Assembly: GCA_030265395.1 (NCBI GenBank)
Contig: JARFYF010000054.1
Span: 22,106,962-22,170,961, forward strand
Direction of reading: 5' to 3'
DNA: 64,000 nt
Origin: Rhina ancylostomus
Lineage: Eukaryota
Positions 38,801 to 52,240 of the stretch are shown piece after piece. The notes under the pieces were generated by a model. The model was not told where the DNA came from. It searched no databases and saw nothing but the letters and a program-made list of their open reading frames with translations. A program made the position numbers and the translations under genes. The stretch's first letter is position 1. Every line of letters begins with the position of its first letter.

Positions 38801-41054
38801 TAGAGGATGTTGCAGTGCCTCTCTTTTTCATCGGACCCTGGAGATGAGATGCTTCAGTACAAATCCTTCCATGGTTGGCTCCAATATTTTTCTTAACCAG
38901 TTGTGGGAAGTGCCCAACAGGACCAATACAAGACTGTGCAGTATTCCCTTGTTTGGAGCCACCACAGTGACCCAATGCTGGACATGGCTTAGAATTGGCA
39001 CCAGATGGATATGGATTTGGATTTGAACCTGAGTCCACAATCAGATCCTTAGTACCAGGCATTATTGCAGTGTACAGTGTCCCTCTGTGCACTTCCCTTT
39101 TTTTAAAAAAAAGAAATAAACTTAAATCATCTGTTGCATGTCTATTTCTTTGGAGTTTTCCAGTTTAAGTTGTACTCTTGAATTGCTTATCTCACTGCCA
39201 GCAATCTTTATCTTAGCTCCACTAACTGCCAGCATTATGTTCTGCCAAGTGTTTCCACGTGGCTTCACATCACATAACAGAAAGAGATTTCATTTTACAC
39301 GATTGTGACATTAGACCGAAGCTGGAGTGATTCCAGCAGATAGCGAGAGAGAGGGTATTTCATTTTAGCTGTTAAAATTGTTCCAGAGAGCTCTGTGCTG
39401 GTGAGGAGGAAAGGGATTGTTCTCTGTGCTTTAATCATCTCAAAATCTCCTATGTCATTATAAAACACACTGAAACATTGATTGAGACCATTAGTAGATG
39501 GATAGTGATTTTATTGCTGAACAGCTGCAGATCAGCTTGTTCTACAAATGGAGCCATTTACCACACATTAATACATAGTTCTGGCTGGTACAATTGGTGC
39601 AATTGTCAAGTTTTAACAATCTATTTACCAGTGATAAGTAGTAAATTGTGACCTGTAATACTACATATATGCTGATAGGCATGAAGGAATAATAATGCGT
39701 GTATGTATATATGTGCTTATGTATAGTCGAGCACTTCATTTTACCCTGGTCCAACATTTTCTTGCATATCATAAATCAGGCAAGTGATTTGTTGTCACAA
39801 AACAACCAGGGAGGAACCCCATAATTTTCACCATACAATTCAACTTTCCCTGTCAGCTAATCTGCTCACCATTTTAATTTTAATCAGCAGCCTGCTTTAA
39901 ATTGCCAGTGTTTCGAGCCTCTCTCAGCCCACTGCCATGTGAAGGAAGTTTCCAGCTGGTTACTGTAACACCTGCTCACATAATTGGCATGTGCTCCACT
40001 CCACTTTCCAGCACTTTAATGCAAGCTCTGATTTTTAACCAGAGGTGGCGAGCTGAGCACAGGTAGTCTCGTGGCAATGGTCTGCCATTACCAGAGTTCA
40101 CTGTACCAGGTACAGTCCAAAACCATTGCTGAAGCACAAAGGAACTAAAACTACATCGGGCTCTCCTTCCTAAACAGCACACAATGACCCCTACTGGAAC
40201 TGCAAATATGTGCATGCTGAAATGCACAGGATTGTGTTTGCCTCTGAACTTCCCCACTATTAAATAAGCTTTGGCTCACACTTGATATGAGAGCACCATT
40301 ACCTCTTGCAACTGTAAGGCAAGGAGTCCATGCCACCAGCAGAGGAGAAAATTAGAAGGATAATGTTTCAACTCCAGCTCAATGTGAAACTCCCTTTACA
40401 CAGTGCCCACGTGGATCATTTGAGGTGCTCGCAAATTTCTTTTAACATCAGCTGAAGTGAACTGTCCCAGTGGCTCTCTAATAACTTTGGAAGTGATCCA
40501 CCTGGGAAGCAGAGAGCACCTCTGTAACCAGGCATTGTACATCCTGCACTGTTGTGCAGCTGGCTTTAGAGTCTGCCAGACAAATGTTACATTCTGTACA
40601 TACCAGAAGGCTGTATGCATTATTTCCTGTGTAAAATATAATATTTTCTGTTACATTGAGATTGGCACATCCACTCTTTCCATGTTACACCAAGACCCTC
40701 TCTACTACACCCATCACAGTACGTTCAGTTTTATTGGGGTTTACAAATCCACTTTCTGTTCATTTGCATTGTTAACTCTTACTCCAAGAAAAGCTGCAGT
40801 AAATGTGGCTGTGTAATCCCCTGAGTTTATACATATTCATTTTGTTGACAAAAAAGTACAGAGCAATTTTTCCCTTTTAGGTAGAAGTTGCAGAATCCAG
40901 TTTTTTATTTTAAAGGGTCCCAAGGTTCTGTCAGTGAGGCTGACCAGAGTAAACCATGAAGGAACTTGCATGTCACTTTATAAACAAGTGGGAGGCAAGC
41001 GATGGCCAGCAAAGATTGGATCTGGTCATGCCTCCTGTTCTGAATGCTTGTGTT

Positions 41055-41063
41055 CTCTCTCTC

Positions 41064-41094
<31 letters not shown>

Positions 41095-41292
41095 ACTCTN
41101 NNNNNNNNNNNNNNNNNNNNNNNNNNNNNNNNNNNNNNNNNNNNNNNNNNNNNNNNNNNNNNNNNNNNNNNNNNNNNNNNNNNNNNNNNNNNNNNNNNNT
41201 TTCTCTCTCTCTCCCCCTCTCCCTCTCCCTCTCCCTCTTTTCTCTCTCTCTCCCCCTCTCCCTCTCCCTCTTTTCTCTCTCTCTCTCCTCTC
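41055..41292. repeat. (CT)n / (CTCTCC)n polypyrimidine microsatellite around a gap
   Basis: Direct reading of the sequence. Confidence 0.95.
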
Positions 41293-42299
41293 TGTCCCAG
41301 TGGCCATGTTAATAAATTGTACCGAGTCCGGATATACATCCTGTTCCCATCAAATGAAAGCGAGTTTTGCAAATAATTGGCCAGTTGAAGAGAGATCGTT
41401 GAATTATGATAGGGGGAGAAAAGGATTTGATTCACTTCTGTTGCTTTTAAAGAAATGTTATCCTTTATACTATTTCCACTCCATTAATCTCTCTAGGCTT
41501 TGCCAACACTTTGGATTAATTTTACGACCATTCATTAAAGTTTAAAGATGGCTACAGACAATGCAACTTGAATAAAGGAGACACAATGTCTGGTGAATTC
41601 AGCTCAGGAATCGTGGAGCAATATTTCCTTTCCCCTTTCAATAATGGCTGATGTGAAATGATCTGCCTTCATTGGTGTGGCAGGACCAAGACTCGCTGGT
41701 GAATGAGGCGGGCCATTCGTGTTCACAGTACTGGAGAAAACTCACTCACAGTGGAATAAACAAGTGAGGATTCTGTATTATTAGTGGTGGGATGGGGAGA
41801 AATATTTTATAGAGCTGTGGAAATGGTTTTTTTTCCTGCTTGAATAATCTGTCAGTGGAAATGATAAATTGAACAGGCACAAACACATTATATGATGGAT
41901 ACATGTCTAGAACTAGTGATTCACTGAAATATAAACTGTCAAGTGTGGCAGATGAAGAACTCAAGTTTGAATGGTGAATGAGTTATGTAGCAATGATTTG
42001 CTGCTGGTTTACTTTTTTTTTCAGGAGCCATCAGAGCATGCTCTGGTATTGTGTTCGTGCCACGTAATTTTGCAAGCTTTGTGTTTTGCTTCTAAAGGCT
42101 GAGATAATATCATGGCCTTAATCTGTGTGGGCTTTCCTTGACAGGGGGTGGTTTGTGTTCTGCATGCATTGGAGTAGTTTTCCCACAAGGCACTCAAAAA
42201 GCAATTGGTGAAATTGTGTAAGAGTTTAGCAGATATAGTGCAAGCTGAAAGTGATTTTCTGTTTTAGTTGTTTACCCTGTGCGAATTGTGTAGGGTACG

Positions 42300-43330
42300 A
42301 TTCTTCATTAAGCTCCACTCTTCCTGCAAAACAAAGGTGCAGCCTTGAGAAGCTGTGGGGGTCCAAACTATCTCTTTAATAGTATGTGGAATTGTCCTTG
42401 TTTGAGTCCTACTCAGAACTTCTCCCCCCCTTCTCTGGTACATTGATAACAAGAGGTGCTGCTTCCTGCTCTCTTACAGACCTTGTGTTTCATCAACTTT
42501 GCTGCCAATTCCACTGGGATCTCACTTTCAAGTGGCCTGTTTCTGATTCTTGTTCGCTCTCAACTCTACTATATCTATCTCAGAGGAGGTTAGAGACCAG
42601 TATCCACTANNNNNNNNNNNNNNNNNNNNNNNNNNNNNNNNNNNNNNNNNNNNNNNNNNNNNNNNNNNNNNNNNNNNNNNNNNNNNNNNNNNNNNNNNNN
42701 NNNNNNNNNACTAAATCCACAGATTCCTGTGATTACTTTGACAGCACTTCTCCCATCCTGCTTGCTGCAAGGATTTCATTGCATTCTCTGTTTCACAGGC
42801 TCTGTCATCCCCACACTGATGACACCTTCTCAGCAGCACTGGTGGATGCCTTTCTTTGTCTCTAACTGTAATTTCCCCTCCAGCACACTTGAGAGGGCTC
42901 TAAATACATCCACTCCATTTCCTGCACTTTTGCGCTGGCCCTCATACCCCTTGTTCCTCTCTTTCCTCCTCACTAGTCTCCACATTCAATAGATCATCCA
43001 GTGTAGTTTCTGCTACCCTCAATGTAAGGCCAACACCAGGCACATCATCCCCTGCCCATTCAGGGAACACCAGGAACTGTTCCCTCTATCATTCCCTGGT
43101 TCATGCTCCTTCCCCACCCCATCCCCTTTCTTGTGATGCCTTCTCTTGCAACTTCAGGGATTGTAACACCTGTTCTTTCACCTTTTTGATTTCTACCATC
43201 CAGGGACCCAAACACTGCTCCTGGGTGAAGCATTGATTCACTTGTACTCTTCCAGCATAGCTCAGGATGTGGTTTCCTCTACAATGCAAACGCAGATTGG
43301 ATGCTTGCAGATATCTCCTGTCTGCAAGGA
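42300..43330 (+). mobile_element. Decayed Penelope-like element (RT C-terminal region toward the GIY-YIG endonuclease)
   Basis: Frameshifted motifs: FLQNKGAA, LWYIDN..GAASCS (RYIDD-type), FINFAAN, TFKWPVSD, SIH.KSTDSCDYFDSTS.HPACCKDFIAFS, and the Cys-rich linker (C...CNTC...TIQGPK). Confidence 0.85.
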
Positions 43331-45780
43331 AGTCTGTTGGTTGTTTGGATGATAATGTGTGATGCCAGGTTTATTGCTTTTTTTGTTGTTGTTTCCCAAT
43401 GTAGGGGATGATGTGTGGGTTGGTGCCTGGTGTAGATTGGGGTGGTTGGTTTCCATGTGTAGAGAGTGATTTTTGTGGGCTGGTGCTGTGTTGGGAGTGA
43501 TTCATTGGCTGATCCTAGGTATGATTTCTGTGTACATGATGCTGGAAGAAGACAGTGATGTTTGAAGGTTCAGGGTGCAACTGTGCACTTGCTGCATTTT
43601 GTTGGGTGTGGCTTTAATGCTGTGGCTAGAGATTGTATTAACACAAAATATCAATGTGTGCAAGTAATTTTATGTGCTGGCTGTAGGAGTGTTTTGTNNN
43701 NNNNNNNNNNNNNNNNNNNNNNNNNNNNNNNNNNNNNNNNNNNNNNNNNNNNNNNNNNNNNNNNNNNNNNNNNNNNNNNNNNNNNNNNNNNNNNNNNCTG
43801 TAGGAGTGTTTTGTTTTCTATACTGGTGCAAGATATATATGACATGGTTGTGTTCTGTTTCGGGTTGTGGGTTGTTTGTGTGGTACTGGATGAAGGAGGT
43901 GATTTTTTTTTTTGTGTGTTGTTGCCAGGTACAAGGGTTGATTTGTCTTGAAGCCAGGTGTCGTTCCTGCTATTTTTGTGGTGCTGCCAGTGTTGGGATG
44001 ATTTAATGAGTTGGTGCCTGATCCAGGCTGTGATTGTGTCCACTGGGGCAGTGTGTATTTACAACTGTGTGTCAGTGTTGTGTGTGATACTTGTCTGGGG
44101 CTGCATTTAGGGACTGGGTTTTTGTGTGTGATGTTGATTGCGGTGTTCCTCGTGTGGTACTGAGAGTAGGAGGTGATTTTGCGTTTAATGCAAGGCATAT
44201 AGAATAACTTTATCTGATAGTGCAAAGGGGTGTGTGTTTTGGTGAGGGCTGGATTGTACGTGTTAGTGTAGGGTGTAAAGGGTGATGGTGTGTTGATGCC
44301 TGGTAGATTGGAGTGGTTGGGTTCCATGTGTCAAGAGTGATTTTGAGTTGGTGCTGTGTAGGGAGTGATTCATTTGCTGAATGCAGGGGATGATTGTGCC
44401 CTTATTTAGGGTGTAAGGTTGATTTTGTATATGGGAGCTGTGGATAAACTTGTTATGATGCCATATTTAGCATGTGATTTTAGTCATGTTGATGTTGGGT
44501 GTATGGACTGATTTTTGTGTATTATGTGATATAGATTTAAGGGCTGATGCTGGTTCTGGAGATGACTCTTTCAGAGTGGTTTTGTGCATTGGTGCCAAGC
44601 ATAGAGGTTGTTTGGATGTGTTCATAACAGGAGGCAGGACGTAGTGGGATGTATTGGTGCCATGTGTATTGGGTGCTTTTGTGGTAGTGCCTGGGGTGTG
44701 ACTGGCTCTATCGGTGCAGTATAGGGGACATTGTGTGCTTTAGTGCCAGGAGCACTACCTGATTGTGTGTGCAATGCAGATAAAGGAGTAGGCTTTGAGC
44801 TTTGTTTCTGGGGTTGAATGTGTGCATTGGTACCAGATATCTGGATGATTGTGTTTTGGTGAAGCCTCTCAGGTTGTTTGTGTTGGAGGTCTGTAAGGAG
44901 TGATTTATTGTCTCATTCCAATGAGGTTATCTACAGATTTGGATAGTCAAGGCTTGGAATCCCCGTTTAGAGTGGTGGCTGGTGCTTGGTTGGTTAAACA
45001 ATGCTTGATTGCAGGGACAGTGAAAGTCCAGCACTCCTGGTACTTACTGGGGCCAGACTGGCAGATTTTCTCAATTTGTTGAATATTATTCCTATTAATA
45101 TCTCAAAGCACTTTGAATTAACTTTTNNNNNNNNNNNNNNNNNNNNTAGAATAAACTTTCCAGTGATCCTGATTATAGTGGGTGATTTTATTTGTTGAAC
45201 CTGGCAACAACATACACAATCACCTCCTTCACCCAGTACCCCACACAACCACCCAACAACCTGACACAAAACAAACGTCATTTATATCCTGCACCAAAAA
45301 ATAAAATTGCTCCCTAGCACCAACACAAACACATAAAATTATCCATACCCATCGTATTAATACAAAATATCAACCGCTATCCACAGCATCAACACACAAA
45401 ATCTCACCCAGCGCGCACACAGAAGTCACACCTGGCATCAACTAATGAATCACGAATGGCATGACGTTAGGGTGAACTTGTGCAATGCAGGCATAATTTT
45501 GTGTTGACGCTGTGTGTTAGATGTGATTGTGTCTGTGATGTGGGTGTAAGGATGCTTTTTATATGTTGGTGGCAGGTGTTGGTGACTTTTCTGTGTGTAG
45601 GCATGACTTGGTGTTGGTGCTGGGTGTAGGGAGTGATATTATGTGGTGTAAAGTGTGGGAAGTGATTACATCTACTTGTGCTGGATCTGAGGGTGATATG
45701 TGAGTTACTGGGTATAGGGTGTGATTTTTTTTTTGTTCTTGTATGCCATTTGTTGTAGAAGATGATGTTGCATGGATTCA
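43330..45780 (+). repeat. Decayed G/T-rich ~30-bp tandem array with higher-order duplication and an inverted block
   Basis: Recurring tgtgtgttggtgccaggtgtaggggtgatttt-like units; 43420-43510 recurs at ~44295-44380; 45198-45453 is reverse-oriented. Confidence 0.75.
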
Positions 45781-45920
45781 GACAGTTTTGGAAGAAATCA
45801 AGGGATACAGGGTCAGTTAAGGAAAGTGGCACTGAGGTAAAAGGTCAGCCATGATCTTAGTGATGAGCAGAGAAGGTACAAAGGGCTGATTGGCCAAATC
45901 CTATTTCTTCTGTTTTTATA
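45780..45920 (+). mobile_element. CR1 3' tail
   Basis: aatcaagggatacagg...gaggtaaaaggtcagccatgatctta...aagggctgattggcc...cctatttcttctgtt. Confidence 0.7.
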
Positions 45921-48900
45921 TTCTTGGATCACTGTACACTGGTGAGCTATTACCAGCACAGATTCCGAACTCACCAAGGCATTGGTTTACCAAGTTATCT
46001 GGAGTGAAGTGGGGTAGAGTCACAGCTGCCAGTGAAATATGTCCCATTTAATAAACTGGGTGGCTGTATAATTGTCATTGAACTGGAGTGAAGCAGATTG
46101 ACTTGGAGGTATTTGGTTTGGGGGCCTGCAAAGGAGGAGTGGATTTACTTCCATCTTTCACTATCCTGATGTGATGGACTTGCAGAGAATACACTGGAAA
46201 GAGTGGTCAAAAATTATGGTTAGAACACCAGTCCTTCAATAGAATGTGCAGTCTTGCAATGTGTCCCAAAGATTAAGTAATTGGAAGTGGTACGAGGGAG
46301 GGCATTATAAAAGATGGATGTCATTGTGTATGCATACGAATATGACATGAAGNNNNNNNNNNNNNNNNNNNNNNNNNNNNNNNNTGGTTTCCAAAATAAT
46401 CCACCACAAACCATTTGCTTTCATACCTTGTTTTTAGTTTAAACTGATACAAGTCTTTAGTGCCAGCTTGTTCTCATTGCAACTGAAATTGATTTTGGCT
46501 TAAATGCACAAGGTTAATAAATGAAAACCTAAAATTGCAATTTTTTTCCTTCTACACGCCAGCAGTTTTCTGAAGGACTGAATTAAATGAGTGCACAGGG
46601 CTCTGTCCTCCTCCTGCCTAATAGTCTGATGGAGTTAACTATTTAATTTTCTGTCAGATTTCAGCTGTGTTTGAGGAATAGCAGAGGTCCAGTGTTACAC
46701 CAGATGACTCCTCTTCCCACATCAGTCCTTCAGTGAACTGGATGAAGGAAAACATATTCAAAGCTTGAGGATGAGCTTCAAAATAAGATCAAAAATCTTA
46801 TTTTGAAAATAATAAATAACAATTTATTTTTAAATAATTTAAAAAAACCAAAAATAACATTAAAAATATTATAAATCCACTGAGTATGCGTGTTACTTCA
46901 GGTACATTGTTCCAAGGTGAAAAAGATCAGCTAAGGGCTCTAAGTAAAGAAATGAAATTCTTGAACATTACCTGCTTCTCTGCTCTCTTTCTGTGGATTG
47001 ATGTGGTTGGGGTGGGGGAGCATACTTATAATAAGGGACAGCTCATTCCAACTGCCTTTTGGTTATTTATCAATGTAACATGGACACCTGCTTCAGTCCC
47101 CAACCTTTACTGGGTGCACATACTGTGAGAGAGGAGTGGAGATATAAGGTGGGGTAAATGAGAGGATTGTCTGCCTGGTCTGCAGGGGAATCAGATAGGA
47201 TTGCTGCTGCTGTTGATTTTTATCCAGTGGCCATTGTTGGAAATGTATGCCTCAGATGGAACAAAATCAGGTTTGGCAGTGATGTCTCCAATGGCTTGTT
47301 AACATTCCCAAACTCTTCTTTATTGAGTACCCCTTTCCAGATTTGCAAGCTGCTCGTGACCATATTTTACATGCTAACTCCTTAAGTGCCAATTATTGAT
47401 GATCTACTTGGCCAGAGCATCAGCTTGGCCAGCCCCACCCTCCCTCCCATTTCTGGCTCCATCTTCCATCCTCCACCTTCTGAGCCTCCCCACCCCATTG
47501 CTACTCCCCTCCAGTTATAATCCATGCTGGTATAAATCTGCTATTGCACCATTTCTCCAAGATGTCTTGCCTCTCCATGGACATACGAATGAAAAATTGG
47601 GATCTTCTAGTCTAGATTGATGTGTGAGAAATGGGCAGGATGTGCTGCGGGCAGGGAGTGACCAACTTGAGTTAATAGCTTCAAGAGAGGATAGGACAAT
47701 ATCTATCGAAATAATATTTCAGCATAAAACTGAAAAACACCTGATGAATCTCTTCTTTGGCTTTCGGGCATTTGTATCCAGGGCAACCCCAATCATTTAA
47801 CAGACTGAAAATCCAAATTCTTGACCTCAATCCAGACAAAATTTGTCATCAAAATGATAACAGCAGCCCCCCTTCACCCCTGAGACGTTTCCTGAGAGCA
47901 AACCTATTGTGCAGCTGAACAGATTGAGCAGTTTTGGGTGTAGGGGACTTGGGGAGGTAACTACTATTTGCTGAAATCATGATCTCTTAGGCAGCTGTTT
48001 CTTGATCTGACAGGCTGAGAGTTTCTGTGCATAAAGCTGTTGCTGTGCTCTGCTGGCCACCATCCCCAAGCCCCTGCCAAATTAGGGTTACAGGCACACA
48101 GATTTCCTGCAGTTATGCTAGTTCAGACTCATTCACCAAATTACAACTAGGTTTGGACTTGGCAGGAAGCAATCATTTCTGTGGTGCATTACTGGAGTTT
48201 TCTTTCCTCTTCTCGGGAATCACTGTATTTCTCAGTCCTTTTGACTTGTATTTGCACCATTAGTAAAAGGCACTTTAAGCTACTGTAACTTGGTTTACAA
48301 ATGTGGATGAAAGGTGATTTGATGGGTTAAAATTTTTATATTCCTTTATGAAAATTACACTGATTTTCAGTGCTTTCCTCTTAGCTCAATTGTTTGCATT
48401 GATTTACGGTCCTTTTTATGGTTTGGTGTGTTCTTACACAAAGGCAGGGAAGTCTGGTCTACCTTGAGACTGGGAGCTGAGCCTATTTCTGTCATGAGTC
48501 AACACAGTAAATTCAAAATTAGTAAGAGTAATTTAAATTGAGGAGAAGCTGTAGCCATTAATGACTGTAGTATCTTCTCGGTATTTGCCAAAAGCTTCAG
48601 TATAATGTAGAAAAGAGGGTTTCTCGAGCTTTATCTGAACCCACAAATGTTTAGTTTAACTGACTTTGTAGCTGTAAAACAAAATGTAGATTATCCTTGA
48701 ACTTCTGGTTCATCTCTTCCCCAAGTTCAGTATGGAATTTAGGCTTCCTTGGCAAAAGCATGAAATTTTTTGTTTCTCCTGTCCTCCATAACCACCCCAC
48801 CCAAATGTCCTCACCTGTTTCTGCTGGGTGATATACCTCTCCATGGATGTCATGGTCAGTATCAACTATTAAACTAAAATTAATGAAGCAGGTTATCTAG

Positions 48901-49489
48901 CCATTTGTTGTCGTAAGTTATGAGCCTTGCCTGCATGGTGCTGTGTTTTCCTCCTTTACAACTGTAAGTATTTTGGGGCGTGATTGGGACATCCAGTTGT
49001 CATGGAAAGTGGTATTTAAAAGCATGTTCTTTTAGAAATTAGTTAACACATCTCATTTGATCATGTGGAGAGCTGGAGAAAAGTGATTCTTCTTGGAGAG
49101 TGAGAGGTTTTGGGTTGCTGGGATCAAGATGCATTCTTTAATCAGAGAAACCAGGACTTCATTGGTGCCAGACAGGCAGTTTAAGTGAGAGTGGAACTCG
49201 TAGTGATGAAAACTAATTTAATGCACGTACAAAGTCAATCTATGGTGATGCAGGTAGGAAGCGATAAGTACTTAACCAGTTTGCCAAGAATGATTGTGCT
49301 TATATTTTGCAGGTAAAATAATGGCATCAAAGTAAGTGCTCAATGTGGGGAAGAGAACATTTCCTCTGGGATCCAGGGGAGCATTTCTCTTCCCAGCCCC
49401 TCAAGCAATGCAGAATATGGATCCGAATCTTATGACCTTGCATATGTCTACAATGAAATAGATTTGACCATTTGCTCTTTGTAATTTAA

Positions 49490-49695
49490 TGCAAAGTCTG
49501 CACTTCTCACAGTGCTGCCTACCTTGACAAATTGGATGTGTGGCTTTCTATCCTATCATCCAAGTCATTTATAAATGTATTGAATAGTTGCAGCTTCAAC
49601 ACAGATCCTTGTTGGAACCCATTCGTCACATCTTGCCATTTTAAGTACACCACCATTTTCCTTACTGTCTGCTTCCTGTCACTCAGCCAATTTCT
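49490..49695 (-). mobile_element. CR1 RT fragment
   Basis: NWLSDRKQTV...WQDVTNGFQQGSVLKLQLFNTFINDLD (the PQGSVLGP.LF...INDLD motif). Confidence 0.88.
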
Positions 49696-51787
49696 TTGCG
49701 AGGGTTGTATAAATGGATACAACAGTATAATAACAATATGTCCTTGGTTGACTGTGCTTTGTTGTATATTGTACTCTGTTTCCACTCAAGTAATTGAATT
49801 TCTCAGTTTGCAAAGATTTCTGCATCTATTATTAATTTTGAAAATCTATTGATACCTAATCTTCACATCACTGTTTTCACCATTTAAGTACACAATGAAA
49901 GAAGTGCTTTCCATAACTGGAACCTTATACTGATATAACATAGATATGGATTTCAAGAATTCTAAATAAAACTGTTGCAGCAATCACTGCAAAACGGCAG
50001 TGACAATGACATTAGGTTTTCATATTCCTAAAATTTGTTTGTAAATTTATATCCTCTAAGGAATAGCATTATGTGGATTTTTAAAATGGATTAATTCAAA
50101 CAATTCTTAAAATACATGAGCAGTGATTTTTTTTCAGTGTGAAGCTGACGTTCAGCTGCTCACAAATTACTTCAGGAAAAAGAACCCAACAATGTTTTTT
50201 TTTCATTACATTTGAACTTTGTAAGAAATTCTAGGCAAGTGTTTTAAACTCTCCAGTACTTTGAAAAGATAAACTAAGGCATGGACCAGAATTTCCTGGA
50301 ATTTTGAATCAAAACATTTGGTATCGCTGACGTAAATTTAATGATTCATGTAAAATATTGGGAAAATTTGGACCACAGTAAATTCACTGAAAAACCAAAC
50401 ACTAGGAAACTGAGTTAAGATGTCTTCAATAATAATGAAGAATCTGCTCAAATCACCTCAGTGTTTTTATTACTGCCCACATGCTTCTGAAGCTTTTAAT
50501 AATTGATGCTTGCTGTTTAAGACTCCTGAATATTTGCACTACACGTCCTAAGTGGAATCTCATTTTAAGGAGGGAGACTAGACCTTTGGTATGAGAGGAT
50601 GCTTGTCTTCTATGCTGTTGTACCTTTACCATGTTTGATAGTGTACATATAAACTCTATTTGGTTTTGTCTGGCCAGTGTCTTAGTTAAGGTTAACATCT
50701 TTTATCACATTTTCCAATCATTTAGCTGAGTGTTACCAGGCTAATCCTTTAAGCCACCATGTGTAGTCAATGGCAGTGTACATTTTATAAGATGTGCAGA
50801 AATGCCCATAAATTTATCCTCTGTGTTTATAGACTGTAAAGACTTGCTGGCTCCGCATGTGCTTCGCGTTGTCTCTTTATTTGTGGCAACGATCAACAAT
50901 GCAATCTCTGTAGCCTTGTCACCTTTCTCTTTAGGGGATTCTGCAGCTTCCTTTTTTTCCCTTTTGTGTGCACCGAGTTTCTGAAATAGCTGGCGAGCTG
51001 TGAGAAGGGCTGCACTCTCCAAAGGTCATCCAAGGTCATGTTCAGCATCTGGGGTTGACACTGATGAGGCTAGCTGGGGGTGGGGAGGAAACAGCCCGTC
51101 CAATCTTTTGTCGTTCCAACATGCTCATTATAATTCCCTACGCACACACGTTTGCATTTCCTGATGTATAAAATCTATTTATTTTTAAAACAAAGCGTGT
51201 TTTCTCCTCCTGAGGTTATGTGAGAGAATTGCACTGCTGGCAAAATTTATCTCTACACTTGAAAGCTGAGTGCCAGAGCAGGTCAGACACATGGTCGCTC
51301 AGACTGCTATTTGTTGTCAAGGTAGATCCAGGCTGTGGGTGAGGGTGTAGGTTTCAGTAGATTTTTATCTGTAGGGANNNNNNNNNNAGGGAGGGACCTT
51401 GCAGCTGCTATTTTTCCTTGCAGGATTGGATTGTTCTGGACCCAGCCTACTTCCTATTCTTAGCACCTTTTGGCAATTGGCTGGATTTGACCCTCCACAT
51501 CCATGTGGCAGGACGGACACTGCACTGAGTGGCAAAAGGACCTTGCCTGTCACATGCTGAAGTCCTGTCCCCTGAACATCCTGATTAGTCAGGGACACGT
51601 TTTTTTTGTTTAAAAAAAACCCCATTAAACTAATGCACAAAATAGTTAATGGTTAATGTTTAAGGTGTTTTTAGTTTATAAACATTAAAGCAAAGTAACA
51701 TTGTAAAATAACTTGAACAACTCTTTACCAGAGAGTCATTGACCCCATTTCAAATGCCTTGGTGTGCTGCTTGTACACTAGCTGGCT

Positions 51788-52240
51788 ATAGAGTCATAGA
51801 GGAATACGGCACTGAAATGGGCCCTTCAGCCCACCAGGGTTGTGCTGACCATCAGCCACTTATTTACAGCAGGCACGGTAGTGTAGCGGTTCGCGTAACA
51901 CTTTACAGTGCCAGTGACCTGGATTCAATTCTGGCCACTGTCTGTAAGGAGTTTGTACGTTCTTCCCTGTGTCTGTGTTGGTTTCCTCTGGGCGCTCCGG
52001 TTTCCTCCCACATTCCGAAAACCTACAGGTTAGGAAGTTGTGGGCATGCTATGTTGGCGCCAGAAGCGTGGTGACACTTGTGGGCTACCCCCAGAACACT
52101 ACGCAAAAGATGCATTTCACTGTGTATTTAAATGTACATGTGACTAAAAGATATTTTGTCTTACTGTTTCTACATTCATTCCCATTCACCCAACATTCAA
52201 TCAACTCTCTCCAGGTTCTATCACTCACCTACACACTAGT
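51788..52240 (-). mobile_element. HE1-like V-SINE 3' half, split by a younger SINE
   Basis: tagagtcatagag..tacggcactgaaatgggcccttcagcccacc...atttaca | insertion | ...cattcaatcaactc..ttctatcactcacctacacactag; collinear with the reverse of 25100-25256. Confidence 0.75.
51869..52162 (+). mobile_element. Relatively young V-SINE with a different 3' tail
   Basis: A-box-like tagtgtagcgg, B-box-like ggattcaattc, V-domain gcgctccggtttcctcccacattcc, tail gcatttcactgtgt...gtacatgtgacta. Many CpGs retained. Confidence 0.88.

Noticed and set aside
40905-41545. Long ORFs of 176-203 aa (ER/LS-rich)
   Set aside because: Translation of a (CT)n/(CTCTCC)n microsatellite plus an N gap.
43562-44327. His/Thr/Pro-rich ORFs on both strands
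   Set aside because: By-product of the stop-poor G/T-rich tandem array.
51869-51935. tRNA gene
   Set aside because: A/B boxes continue into a V-domain and tail, so this is a SINE head and not a cloverleaf tRNA.
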